The notes under the pieces are model-generated. The model worked only from the letters and a program-made list of their open reading frames with translations. It did not search any database and was not told where the DNA came from. A program made the position numbers and the translations under genes. This document shows positions 25,401 through 36,925 of a stretch of 64,000 bases of DNA, piece after piece. The first letter of the stretch is position 1. Each line of letters starts with the position of its first letter. The stretch lies in NCBI GenBank assembly GCA_030390025.1, contig CM059436.1, positions 57,288,001 through 57,352,000 on the forward strand, in the 5' to 3' direction. This DNA is from Squalus acanthias (taxonomy: Eukaryota).

Positions 25401-28400
25401 GTGTGAATGTTACCCAGGTTTAAAAAAAACAGAATTTAAGATTATTAAATAAAAATTATATTTACAGAAAAATGTCAATTTGTGCGCATGCATTTACAGG
25501 ACTTATGCTCATCTGTCAAATCAGAACCCAAGCACGTGAAAAAGTCAATTAAACTCGATATATTTTACTTTTGGTTTTTAAAAAATCGTTTGTTTCACAC
25601 CATACTTGGCTGATTGTTGCTGCCCACTGTCCATCAATCTATCGTAATGCATGATCTTGTTTATAACTGGTGTAGTTAAGTTGTTGTTAATTTTACACTA
25701 AACGGTTGTTATGATGACAAATGAGGAGGCTGTGATCACACACATGGGACCACAAACAATTTATCTCACGCGTGAAAAGCGGGATTTTGGTTGGGAAGGT
25801 TGGCGTTTCTTCAGCATGTCTCGGGTGGCAAGTGGCTGAAGATCCCCGCAACTTTACCAAAACCCTTCACCTTTGGAATCTAGGGAAACGGACAAATAAA
25901 AGCCAGTCGAACCAACTTATCAAAAGGGAAGATTTTTTTTAAATGTGGCTGTGCAGCGCTCAGGTTAATGGAAGTATGTAAATAGATATATTGCACCGGG
26001 TTCTATTTATATTATACTTTAACGGAACATCCAATGATTTACAATATTATGCATATTAGCAGAGAGATACCATGATAGAATTTCTAATCCAGCTCTGAGA
26101 TTTATATACACATATATGTGGGCGTGTGTTTATTCCGTAAGATTTATACTTAGTTCTACTCCCTAGTAGTATCTGAACATATTTTATCCAGAACATGGTT
26201 GAAAACAAAAGTTTACTGATTATTGAAATAGTTTGTTTTTCTTTGCGACTACTTGTCCTTTAAGAAGCATTATATCCTACATAGGATTAGTTTTGAAAGG
26301 GTGCCGTGCTCAATTGCTAATCAGGAATATTGCAGATCAAAGAGAGAAAGAGACAGCGCACGATAAAGATCAATTTCAATTTTGTGCGGACAGATTGAAA
26401 AAGTTATGCTTTTAGATCAGCCCTGATAAGGCGTAAGCACGCTTTTCAGCGGCGAGGAGATTGGCAGAGAAAGAAGGGAGTTTGTGGTTCTTTGTCAGAG
26501 GTGCTGCACTGTCCGGCGGTTTGTAATGAACGCGCGCCATCAACAGGGCAAAGGCAGCACTTTACACCCCATAACCACAGAACTAGGTCACAGCAAACAG
26601 CAAACACAATGCAGTGAGATGCCTGGTCAAGCGCCAATCTATGGGAGGCCTGTTGCTAAGACAATTATTTCATAATAAGATATTGAAGATTTCTACATTA
26701 ATGGTATCATAAAGGTTCCTTTTCTTCGAATTCTGTCCATACACTAGTGATGTTACAACATTAGTGCTAAAAGGAGTTTTGCAAATTTTAACTCACTATT
26801 ACAATTTCTATTATCTAATGCCTAACCAAATTCTATCCGTGCAGGTAAGATACTACAAGTTGTTAATAATCTTCAGTTACAGATACAATAATAAACGGAC
26901 TGGGATAACAAAATCTAAAGAAAACAATTATTTAAAATAAATTGAGTTTTACAATAAATTTATGAAATTACAAACACTTTTCCTCTCCAAAGTGCAAGGA
27001 TACATCGCGTTTGATATATTTTTATATATATATAAAAATTTGTGTATGTATATAAACTTTTATAAGTTATTTATTTTCCCGCGAGATGCATGCACACACC
27101 AGGTCATGTAATGCTTTACTTCATAGTGAAAAGAGATAAATGTGATGACATTTAAGATGTGTCCACCGGTTTTTTCCATTCGACATACTGACAGAGGAAC
27201 AAATCAAGGTATATGTGAAGGTGAAACAAGAACAACATCAGAAAATATCAGAAAGGAATCCTCTAAACTGGCTGCCAAAAGAATCCAGCAACAAAGTTCA
27301 GAATCTATATTCCCACAGCAAACTTCTGGTATAAGTTCAGGAGGTAACCTGGGGAAATGCTTTCTAAATGGACGTTAGCAACCAACTCCAGCATTTACAG
27401 GGCCTCCTGTGTATACAAGATGTAGAGTAGGAAATGTTAGTTACAATTATAAATGTGCTTAATCTTGGAAAAAGTTGATCTAGCACTTGGTTTATTACTT
27501 TTACATGAGTGGAAATAAAACAAAGTATAAATATTATGGCATGAGAACTAATACTGAATTCTAAATTGTGTCCAATTGAGTCCAAAATAGTTGGTCATTT
27601 CAGAAGTTACCCAAAGGAAACTGAGACCAGGATAAGAGGTGGAAGGAAAATATTCCCGGGAATGGATAGATGAATGGATGGATGGATGAAGGAAGGAAGG
27701 GTATCCTCGGGAGCAGAAAATTCCAGAGGAAAGGACTCCATAGCAGCAGAAGATTCCAGCAGACGTCTCCTAGTGAACACCTCCAGCCACCAAGGTCGCT
27801 CTGGTGGATAAGGGGTTATATTCTGTGGTGAAACAAGACCATTCTAAAAATGCTGGAATAGAAGAGATGACAGTAAAATAAGAAACAACTGGAGAACAAT
27901 GGATAGCCCAGCATTCCCAGAGGGGACAGTGCGCACTCTTGTAACATTAGGAACTTTGAAAAATATGTTTATCAAGCCCCCAAGAGGTTAAATGACAACC
28001 TGTGTACTTTTAAAATGTGGATTCATACTGGACTGGAATAATACTGCACCCAATGTGAAACTACCTACTGAAGCTGGTCACATCTCTCGCTTTAGTGTAC
28101 TCAGGAGTGAAATCACAAACCCGACTCCTGGGCTATATTCCCACTTACATATTGATGTGGAACCTTGTCACAACAATTCAAAAATTGCAGTGTAACTGCA
28201 GCCAAAAAAATCTCATTAGGCTACAAAAATACCCAAAAGAATTGACAAAAGAGGATGCTAGAGGAATTTGCAACTGAATAACTAAGGCAGTACAGCATTT
28301 TCATGGACATTAGCAACACAATGGATGTATAAAGGTTAATTTCCAAAAGTATCAACTACTGTAGAAAAACTAGGCTTAAAATATAGTAAACTAACCAAAA

Positions 28401-28664
28401 CCTCAACTGGTAAGTAAATGAAGGGAAGGGAGGAGTAACTTAGTTACTCCAGCTCTCGGGCAGAGAAAAGTGAAGATAGAGGGGTAAAGTCTTTGGGATG
28501 GTGGAACTGCAGCCCATATAAGAAAAATATTAAAAATGGAATGGTCAGTGGCATTATGGTGCAGTGCACTAACTGTGTCTGAGATGCCCTACATGGCGAG
28601 TGTTACAATTTGGCACTGTCCACCTTTTACTACTCAGACTTCCTATGAACTGAAACATGGTTAT

Positions 28665-28773
28665 ATTCTACATTACAACAGTGACTACACTTCAAAAATA
28701 CTTCATTGGCTGTAAAGCACTTTGGGACATCTGAGGTCGTAAAAGGCACCATATAAATGCAAGTCTTTCTTTT
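28665..28773 (+). mobile_element. DeuSINE (SacSINE1-like) 3' fragment
   Basis: ACATTACAACAGTGACTACACTTCAAAA...TGTAAAGCACTTTGGGAC...ATATAAATGCAAGTCTTTCTTTT has the same tail as the full copy at 47390-47842. Confidence 0.85.
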
Positions 28774-29381
28774 TATGGGCTTATGCATGAAGTGACTGGG
28801 GATGGGGGGTGGGTACATACCTGGGGTGAAGTATAATCCATTTTACCATTGATATTTACAGTGGAAAAAGTAACATCAGACTTCTCTGACTGATGGGCAG
28901 ATAACACTTTGACAGATAATGTATCTCAGGCTTAAATTATGAACCAAGTTTACTAAGAAATTAAATTACATAGAAGCAAGAGCAAACACAGCAGATTCCA
29001 CTAGATTATAGAACTTTATTAAATTCACAATCCCTGTTTCAAAATAATAGAATATCTTGAAGTCCTGTCCATTCTCCAGGTCTTACAATTTTACTTTGGA
29101 CCAATGTGTGCAATGTGAAGTTTATACATGAAATTGGATATTCACAGAGTGTTCTACTAGCCCCAGCTTATTAGTTGCCTGGCAAAACAGAGTTTTACTA
29201 AAGAAACTTTGGGGCAGCACTTCCATCTTTGCTTTAAAGTGCAAGCTAAGACAAAGGTAGATCAAAAGGGAACTTTATTGACAATTAAATACCATTGTCA
29301 ATCAAAAAGTAGGTTTCAAAGGCACACAGAGTCCCTAACAAGACATCAGCCAAGCACTTCACACCCTCTCAGGATATATTC

Positions 29382-29510
29382 ATGATGTGGAGATGCCGGT
29401 GTTGGACTGGGATGGACAAATGTGAGAAGTCGCACAACACCAGGTTATAGTCCAACAGTTTTATTTGAAATCACAAGCTTTCGGAGCGCTGCTCCTTCAT
29501 CAGGTGAAGT
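29382..29510 (-). mobile_element. Penelope-like element terminal (pLTR) fragment
   Basis: Minus strand has CTGATGAAGGAGCAGCGCTCCGAAAGCTTGTGA followed by AATAAA and a short 3' region, the usual layout of a Penelope pseudo-LTR end. Confidence 0.7.
29471..29507 (-). ncRNA. Minimal type I hammerhead ribozyme motif (Penelope-type)
   Basis: UCAC [CUGAUGA] A GGAGC-AGC-GCUCC [GAAA] GC U U GUGA: stem I UCAC/GUGA, 5-bp stem II, palindromic AGCU in place of stem III. Confidence 0.75.
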
Positions 29511-29682
29511 CTGGATGAAGTCAGGATATATTCAGACTGTGGGTGTCATATTTGCAGGACCTTCAATGAAAGCACAGCAAAGACATTTGAAGATGTATAC
29601 AATTGATGACCCAATCAACATTAAGTGTTTCTATCACCTGGCTGGACTTGGCAATTGTTTTTGCATTGTCCTTCAGGCTTTC

Positions 29683-30182
29683 AACAATAACAACTTGCAA
29701 TTATATAGTGCCTTTAACATAGTAAAATGTCCCAAGGCGCTTCACAGAAGTGTTATCAAACAAAATTTGACATTGAGCCACATAAGGAGATATTAGGACA
29801 GGTGACCAAAAGCTTGGTTAAAGAGGTAGGTTTGAAGGAGCCTCTTAAAAGAAAAGAGGTAGAGAGGCGGAGAGGTTTAGGGAGGAAATTCCAGAGTTTA
29901 GGGCCTAGACAGCTGAAGGCACAGCCACCAATGGTGGAGTAATGAAAATCAGTGATGCGCAAGAGGCCAGAATTGGAGAAGCACAGAGATCTCAGAGGGA
30001 TGTAGGGCTGGAGGAGGTTACACAGATAGTGAGGGGCATAGCCATGGATGGATTTGAAAACAAGGATGAGAATTTTAAAATCGAGGCTTTGTCGGACTGG
30101 GAGCCAATGTAGGTCAGCGAGCACAGGGATGATGGTGAACGGGATTTGGTGCGAGTTAGGATACGGGCAGCAGAGTTTTGGA
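29683..30182 (-). mobile_element. L2 LINE 3' fragment
   Basis: PVLADLHWLPVRQSLDFKILILVFKSIHG.AP.YLCNLL...GGCAFSCLGPKLWN is an L2 ORF2 C-terminus; the tail ends TATATAATTGCAAG(TTG)n. Confidence 0.9.
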
Positions 30183-30224
30183 AGTGTACTGAGCCCTAAC
30201 AAAATATTAACTTTTTAAAAACAT

Positions 30225-31320
30225 TTTTATATATACATTCACGGGATGTGGGCATTGCTGGAAAGGCCAGCATTTATTGCCCATCCCTAATTTCCCTTTA
30301 GAAGGTGGTGGTGAGCCTCCTTCTTGAACAGCTGCAATCCGTGTGGTGAAGGTACTCCCACAGTGCTGTTAGGTATGGAGTTCCAGGATTTTGATTCAGC
30401 GACGATAAAGAAACAGCGATATATTTCCAAGTCAGGATGGTGTGTGACTTGCAGGGGATTTTGGAGGTGGTGGTGTTCCCATGCGCCTGCTGCCCTTGTC
30501 CTTCTAGGTGGTAGAGGTCGCTTGGGAGGTGCTGCTGAAGTAGCCTTGGCGAGTTTCTGCAATGCATCTTGTAGATGGTACACACTGCAGCCGCGGTACG
30601 CCGGTGGTGGAGGGAGTGAATGTTTAAGGTGGTGGATGGGGTGCCAATCAAGCGGGCTGCTTTGTCCTGGATGGTGTCGAGCTTCTTGAGTGTTGGAGTT
30701 GCACTCATTCAGGCAAGTGTAGAGTATTCCATCACACTCCTGACTTATGCCTTGTAGGTGGTGGAAAGGCTTTGGGGAGTCAGGAGCAACGTTCCCTTTA
30801 TGCTGCGCAGACGCGCAGCTGTCTTGAGGTCCCATGTAGCCGGTGAGCCGGCTTCACAATGCAAAAAACCGCGCATGCCCAGAAGTTTGAATGGGCCACG
30901 CAGCCCGTTAAAGGGGCCGCATGGCCCAAAAGAAAATGAGGGGAACATTGGTCAGGAGGTGAGTCACTCGCCGCAGAATACCCAGCCTCTGACTTGCTCT
31001 TTTAGCCATCGTATTTATGTGGCTGGTCCAGTTAAGTTTCTGGTCAATGGTCACCCCCAGAATATTGATGGGAGGGAATTTGACGATGGTAATACCGTTG
31101 AATGTCAAGGGGAGGTAGTTAGACTCTCTCTTGTTGGAGATGGTCATTGCCTGGCACTTGTGCGGCGCAACTGTTACTTGCCACTTATCAGCCCAAGCCT
31201 GAATGTCGTCCAGGGCTTGTTGCATGCGGCCATGGACTGCTTCATTATCTGAGGAGTTGCGAATGGAACTGAACACTGTGCAGTCATCAGCGAACATCCC
31301 CACTTCTGATCTTATGATCT
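30225..31320 (-). mobile_element. CR1-clade LINE, second family (T1/Q-like RT C-terminus), 5'-truncated, interrupted by a hAT MITE
   Basis: MFADDCTVF...WADKWQVT.APHKCQAMTIS...LGVTIDQKLNWTSHI...LDTIQDKAARLIG; AT-rich tail near 30225. The sub-clade name is tentative. Confidence 0.85.
30787..30950. mobile_element. 164-bp hAT-type MITE
   Basis: TIR CAACGTTCCC / GGGAACATTG with a perfect 8-bp target duplication GTCAGGAG (30779-30786, 30951-30958). Other LINE copies in the window show the empty site. Confidence 0.9.
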
Positions 31321-31626
31321 GACTGCCCATCCTTTCAGTCATAGAATGGTATGTGGTCAGAGAAGACCTAAGAATAAATATAAGATTAATTTTTTAAATG
31401 GTTGAAGTATGAGAATTTTTTTTTTGGCTAAGCAGAATCCCTGAAGAAAACCGTCGCAAGGTTCTAATAGAAGTATTTGAACACCTCATGATCATGTCGA
31501 GAAGTAGTATTCACAGTGGAAGTGAAAGTCAAACCTAGCAATCCAATCTAGGCCATCTGATTAGGAGCCCAAAGGAGAAGAGACAAAGGTAATTGAATTA
31601 CCTGATCCTTACAATGGATTAATTGT

Positions 31627-32732
31627 GTCAGCTTTGGCTCAGTTGGCAGTACCCATGCCTCTGAGGTTGTGGGTTCAAACCCCACTCCAGAACTTGTCAG
31701 CCATGGTTCAATGTTCTTGCCTCTGAGTCAGTAGGTTGTAGGTTCAAGTCTCACTGCAGAGACTTGAGCGCAACATCTAGGTTGACACTCTAGTGTAGTA
31801 CTGATGGAGTGCTGCACTGTCAGAGGTGCCGCCTTTTGGATGAAACATTAAACTGAGGCCCCATCTGCCCTCTCAGGTGGAGATTAAAGATCCCATGGCA
31901 CTATTTTGATTAAGAGCAGGGGAGTTTCCCTCGATGTCCTGGCTAATATTTATCCCTCAACCAACATCACTAAAATAGATTATCTGGTCATCGTCACATT
32001 GCTGTTGGTCGGACCTTGCTGTGTGCAATTTGGCTGCTGCATTTCCTACATCACTAAAACAGTGACTACACTTCAAAAGTATTTCATTGGCCGTAAAGCA
32101 CGTTAGGACATTGTGATGTCGTGAAAGGTGCTAGACAAATGCAAATTCTTTCCTCTTGAGCACATAATCTAGTGTGACACTTAAGTGCTGTACGGAAGGA
32201 ATCTATCAGTTGCAATGTTAAACTGTCTGCCTGTTCCAGTGTATGTAAAAAGAGCAGGAAGTTTCTTGCGTCCTGGCCAACCTTCCTCCCTCAACCAACA
32301 CCATCAAAAACATTAAAGCAGATGCTGGCAATCTGAAATAAAAACAGAAAATGCTAGAAACACTCAGTAGATTAGGCAGCAGCTGTGGTGAGAGAAACAG
32401 AGTTAACGTTTCAGGTCGATGACCTTTCATCAGAGCTGGAAGATGTTAGAGATGAAGAGCTTTTAAGCAAAGGGAGGTGGCAGGGAAAGAACTAAAGGGA
32501 AATGTCTGTGCAGGGAAACAGAAAGTAATAAAGGTGAACAGGGTAAAAGAGATAATTAGAAAAACTAATTGGTCATTTATCTCATTTGCTGTTTTTGGGG
32601 TCTTGGTGTGAGCAATTGGCTATTGTGTTTACACACGTAATAGTGACTGAACTTAAAAATTATTTCATTGGTTTTGAAGTACATTGAGTTGTTCTGAGGA
32701 TGTGATAAGTAGCTATATAAATGCAAGTTCTT
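31627..32732 (+). mobile_element. Older DeuSINE interrupted by a second DeuSINE (31696-32152) and a Penelope-like fragment (32313-32545)
   Basis: Two tRNA-like heads (TGGCTCAGTTGG...GGTTCAAACCCC), Deu core (GATCCCATGGCACTATT..AAGAGCAGGGGAGTT..GTCCTGG) and two separate ATAAATGCAAG-type tails. The outer element resumes at 32155 and again near 32560. Confidence 0.8.
32401..32437 (-). ncRNA. Second minimal hammerhead ribozyme motif (different Penelope-like family), one mismatch in stem I
   Basis: AGCU [CUGAUGA] A AGGUC-AUC-GACCU [GAAA] CG U U AACU: 5-bp stem II, palindromic ACGU, stem I AGCU/AACU with a C-A mismatch. Confidence 0.65.
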
Positions 32733-33300
32733 GAATTATACCTGATGAGGTATATTCCTGAGGGAGGGGCAGGTAAGCACCAGAACTGAGCAATCAAATA
32801 TACCACACCAGTCTTTGTTTTCTTTCCCCTACCCCTCCCTGAATGTACTGATTCATCCTGGAATATGTACCACGGGGGAGAATGAGAGAGTTGTCCCTCG
32901 GCCACTCTCATACCTCCTAATACTTGGTTCGGAGCAACATTGGTGAAGCCCTGAGAGCATGTTAGCTGCTTGCTATTTTGGCTACCATGTATTGGCCGGG
33001 TTGACCACAGAGGACTTGGGAGAATTTAGAGGGATTTTGTAAACTTAAAATAATGCAAAAATATAGTACTTCAAACCTTAATCCTGGCCGCAATAGTACA
33101 GGAAAAAAATTCATTGAATTTCTATCTAGCTTTACCTCTGCTTCTGGTATATCTGAACAAAATAAATGAAATAAAATAAGGTGTTAGGTCAACCAATGCT
33201 CTATTACCAACAATCAGGTGCAGGGAAAAATGAAAAAAAAAATGCTCAATTATTGCCAAAAAAGACACGTGTCTTTTAAAGCAAAGGAAAATAAAAAAGT

Positions 33301-33460
33301 TAAAGCAAAATACTGTAGATGCTGGAAATCTGAAACAAAAAAACAGACAAGTGGAGAGAACAGACAGGTTGATGTTTCAGTGTTATTCTGAAGAAGGGTT
33401 TGCAGGAGAAACTTGCTGACTGACCTTTGAGTTTCCAGCAATTACTGTTTTTGTTTCAAA
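33301..33460. mobile_element. Degenerate Penelope-like termini joined in inverted orientation
   Basis: The first half resembles 32313-32415 (AGATGCTGGAAATCTGAAAC...GTTGATGTTTCAG). The second half reads CTGAAGAAGGG...TTTCCAGCAATTACTGTTTTTGTTTCA, the same terminus on the other strand. Confidence 0.55.
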
Positions 33461-35549
33461 AGAAAATTGTTTGCCTCTTACTAGGGAGCTAAGCAAGTTG
33501 GAACCAGAATGTCGGTGTGGAGTACTCTGAAATGGAGCCCTGCAGACATTCGAGAAAGCTCATATTACAATCAGAGTGTTAGTTAACCTTAAGCCAGAAA
33601 GAAATGCTTCAAAGCTTGTTGGTTAAGCTAATAGTTAAGGAGAAAACAATAGAAATTGTGAGTCCTTCTTATTGGTGGTTGACAGCAATACCCGATAGCA
33701 TGGAGCGCCCAAGACAAGCAGGTGAAGAGGATTGCGATGAGCTGAATACACTGCAGAGAGAGGGAGCACAGCATGGAAATAGGGTGAAGACTGTATTGAT
33801 GGGACTGAGCCTGTGGGGCCCTGGATGTGAGGATAGGATATTAGGTATTGAGGACAGGGACAGTGCTGCAAAAGTCATTTTCATTAACTGAACAGGATCT
33901 GAAAATAGCACACAGAAGTGGTAGATGGTACCACAGGAGATGCATGCCTTCAAGCAAAGGGAAATAAGGGAAGTTTGCCTCAGTCTATGGAGGTAGACAA
34001 GGTGACTGGTGACTGATACATCAGATTCTGTAGCTGCAACATAGGTCAGTTTGATTGGAGAGGCAGAAGATTCACTAGCCTCTCAAGTGTAGCCAGATAA
34101 AAATATAAATATAGACAGGTAAATAAATATAGTGATGTCATAGAGTCATGCCTGAAAAGCATACTTTTTAAGAATTTAATCAAGTTTAGCTCCATGAAAA
34201 CACACAATCAAAATTACAACCTTTGAGTGAAGTACGCAGCCAACTCTACATCAGGACTCTGTTCTATGGCATTACAAAGACCCAGATTCCAGGACAATAG
34301 CCTGTGGTGTATGCCCTGTTATTACAGAACTACAATGTGTTGGGACTCTCACTGCCCTGGAACCTGTCCTAGTTGCACTGCAGGGTGGATTCCACAGATC
34401 CAGTAGTAACAAAGAGAAAAGTACAGGTGCAGTTATTTGAAGTCAGGACCACAGCTTTCACTTTCTGGCCACAGACCTTCCGCAATGGCCAAAAGAGGGT
34501 CAGTGCAGACCAGCAGTTCTGGCCTGTATGTGTGAGCCGATTACTCATCCTGCCCACAGCCAGAAGCCACAGCGAGTTGCGCCTTTGGCAGGAAGCAATG
34601 ACATTTCCTAGTTACCTATGGCGGAATAAGCGATCACCTTGAGATGGTTCTCCATGCCTTCAACGGCAATAGTAGCGCTATCTCCTTTACATCACAGATA
34701 CTGTCACTAGAATCAGGGCTCAGTCCGTGGTGCTGGAATGTACAGGGTGCAAGAAAATTTTATATGTAAACAAAGATAATAGGCGTTACATGATTCTGTG
34801 ATGAAGAGGGAGTTTTGGTCACAATTCTAATAAGTAAGTCTAGATATTTTAATAACTGTGTATAAGAAACTGGGAGTCACTTTAAATTTTTATTACTGCT
34901 GCCACCAGTATTCAGTTTGAAATACACAAGCTTCTGTGAACAAGATCCACAGCTTTCATATTCAATTAAAGAGACAGGATAGTCTTCCCGTGTAAACACA
35001 TTTGATTTGCAAAACCCATTAAAGATAGATGTAGTTCAATTGAGAACTATTTGGCACAATGACTTGCTTTGTTCTGCAATTAGTCCATTCAGTATAAAGA
35101 GTCTTTATCAGTCCATCAGGACTGTCTATACCAGTTAAGTTCCCCACTGTCTTGAATTTCTTTGCAACTGGGTTATTCCAGGTAGCATCAGGTGACCTTT
35201 GCCACATTCATCAGGCAGCTGTTCACCATTGCATCAAGAAGGTCACTGATGTTCTATTCAGGAGGGCTGTTTAGCTCATATCCCTCCCAGTTGAACCAGA
35301 GAAACAGAGAGAGGCGCAATGCTTCCACATGTGCAAAGAACAATTGACAGAATGCCTGTGCCACTGAAAGTATTATGACATCCCCTTCAATTTTATGAAC
35401 AGGAAAGATTTTCATTCTATTAGCGTCCAGCTAGTGTGCAACGGCAACCATCTTACACTGTGTGTCAGAGCCAGATACCCAAGAAGCTGTCATAATGCTT
35501 TCATCATCCAACAATCTACCAAAAGACTCGGAGCCATGGATCCAGATTA

Positions 35550-36925
35550 AAACAACAACATACATTTATATAGCGCCTTTAATATACTAAAATGTCCCAA
35601 GGCGCTTCACAGTAGCATTATCAGACAAAAGGTGATATTAGGACAGGTGAAAAGAGGTAGGTTTTAAGAAGCGTCTTAAAGGAGGAGAGAGAGGTGGAGA
35701 AGCGGAAAGGTTTCGGGAGGTAATTCAGAGCTTAGGGCGTAGACAGCTGAAGGCACAGCCGCCAATGGAGGGGCAAAGGAAATCGGGGATGCTCAACAGG
35801 CCAGAATTGGAGGAGCGTAGATATCTCGGAGGGTTGTAGGGCTGAAGGAGGTTACAGAGAGAGGGAGGGGTGAGGCCATGGAGGGACTTGAAGACAAGGA
35901 TGAGAATTTTAAAATCAAAGTGTTGCCGGACTGGGGGCCAATATAGGTCAGCGAGCACAGGGTTTATGGATGAACGGGACTTAGTGTGAGTTAGGATAGG
36001 AGCAGCAGAGTTTTGGATGAGCTCAAGTTTACAGAGGTTGCAAGATGGGAGGCCAACCAGGAGAGCATTGAAATAGTCGAGTCTAGAGGTAACAAAAGGC
36101 ATGGATGAGGGTTTCAGCAGCAGATGGGGTGAAGCAGGGGCGGAGACGGCGATATTACGGAGGTGGAAGTAGGCGGTCTTAGTGATGGAGAGGATATGGG
36201 TTTGGAAGCTCAGCTCAGAGTCAAATAGGACACGAAGGTTGCTAAGGTCTGGTTCAGCCTCAGACAGTGGGCATGGAGGGTAATGGAGTCGAAGGCTAGG
36301 GAACTGATTTTGTGGCTGGGGCCAAAGACAATGGCTTTGGTCTTCCAAATATTTAATGGGAGGAAAGTTCTGCTCATCCAGTACTGGATGTCAGACAAAC
36401 TCCGGCCAGGGTGACTGTCTGTGTGGAGTTTGCACATTCTCCCCGTGTCTGCGTGGGTTTCCTCCGGGTGCTCCGGTTTCCTCCCACAGTCCAAAGATGT
36501 GCGGGTTAGGCTGATTTGGCTATGATAAATTGACCCTTAGTGTTAGGGGGATTAAATACGTGGGGTTACGGGGATAGGGTGGGATATGTGTCGGTGCAGG
36601 CTCGATGGGCCGAAATGGCCTCTATCTGCACTGTGGGGATTCTGTGAAATCAGATGCAATCGAGGGCTCAAGAGAAGTGATGGTGAGGTAGAGCTGGATG
36701 TCGTCAGCGTACATATGGAATCTGACATTGTGTTTTCGTATGATGTCGTCGAGGGGCAGCATGTAGATGGGAAATAGGAGGGGGCGAAGGATAGGTCCTT
36801 CGGGGACTCCAGAGATAACGGTGCTGGAGTGGGAAGAGAAGTCATGGCAGCAGATTCTTTGGCTATGACTGGATAAATAAGAACAGAACCAGGCGAGGGC
36901 AGCCCCACTCAGCTGGACAACGGAG
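35550..36925 (-). mobile_element. L2 LINE 3' portion (RT YADD region to tail), interrupted by a SINE
   Basis: LFDSELSFQTHILSITKTAYFHLRNIA...FVTSRLDYFNALLVGLP...LIQNSAA...FKILILVFKSLHGL; minus-strand ATGTACGCTGACGAC (MYADD) near 36700; (TTG)n tail. Confidence 0.92.
36400..36648 (+). mobile_element. HE1-like V-SINE, 5'-truncated, with CR1-derived tail
   Basis: V-domain TGTGTGGAGTTTGCACATTCTCCCCGTGTCTGCGTGGGTTTCCTCCGGGTGCTCCGGTTTCCTCCCACAGTCCAAAGA; tail GATGGGCCGAAATGGCCT...GATTCTGTGA. Confidence 0.9.
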
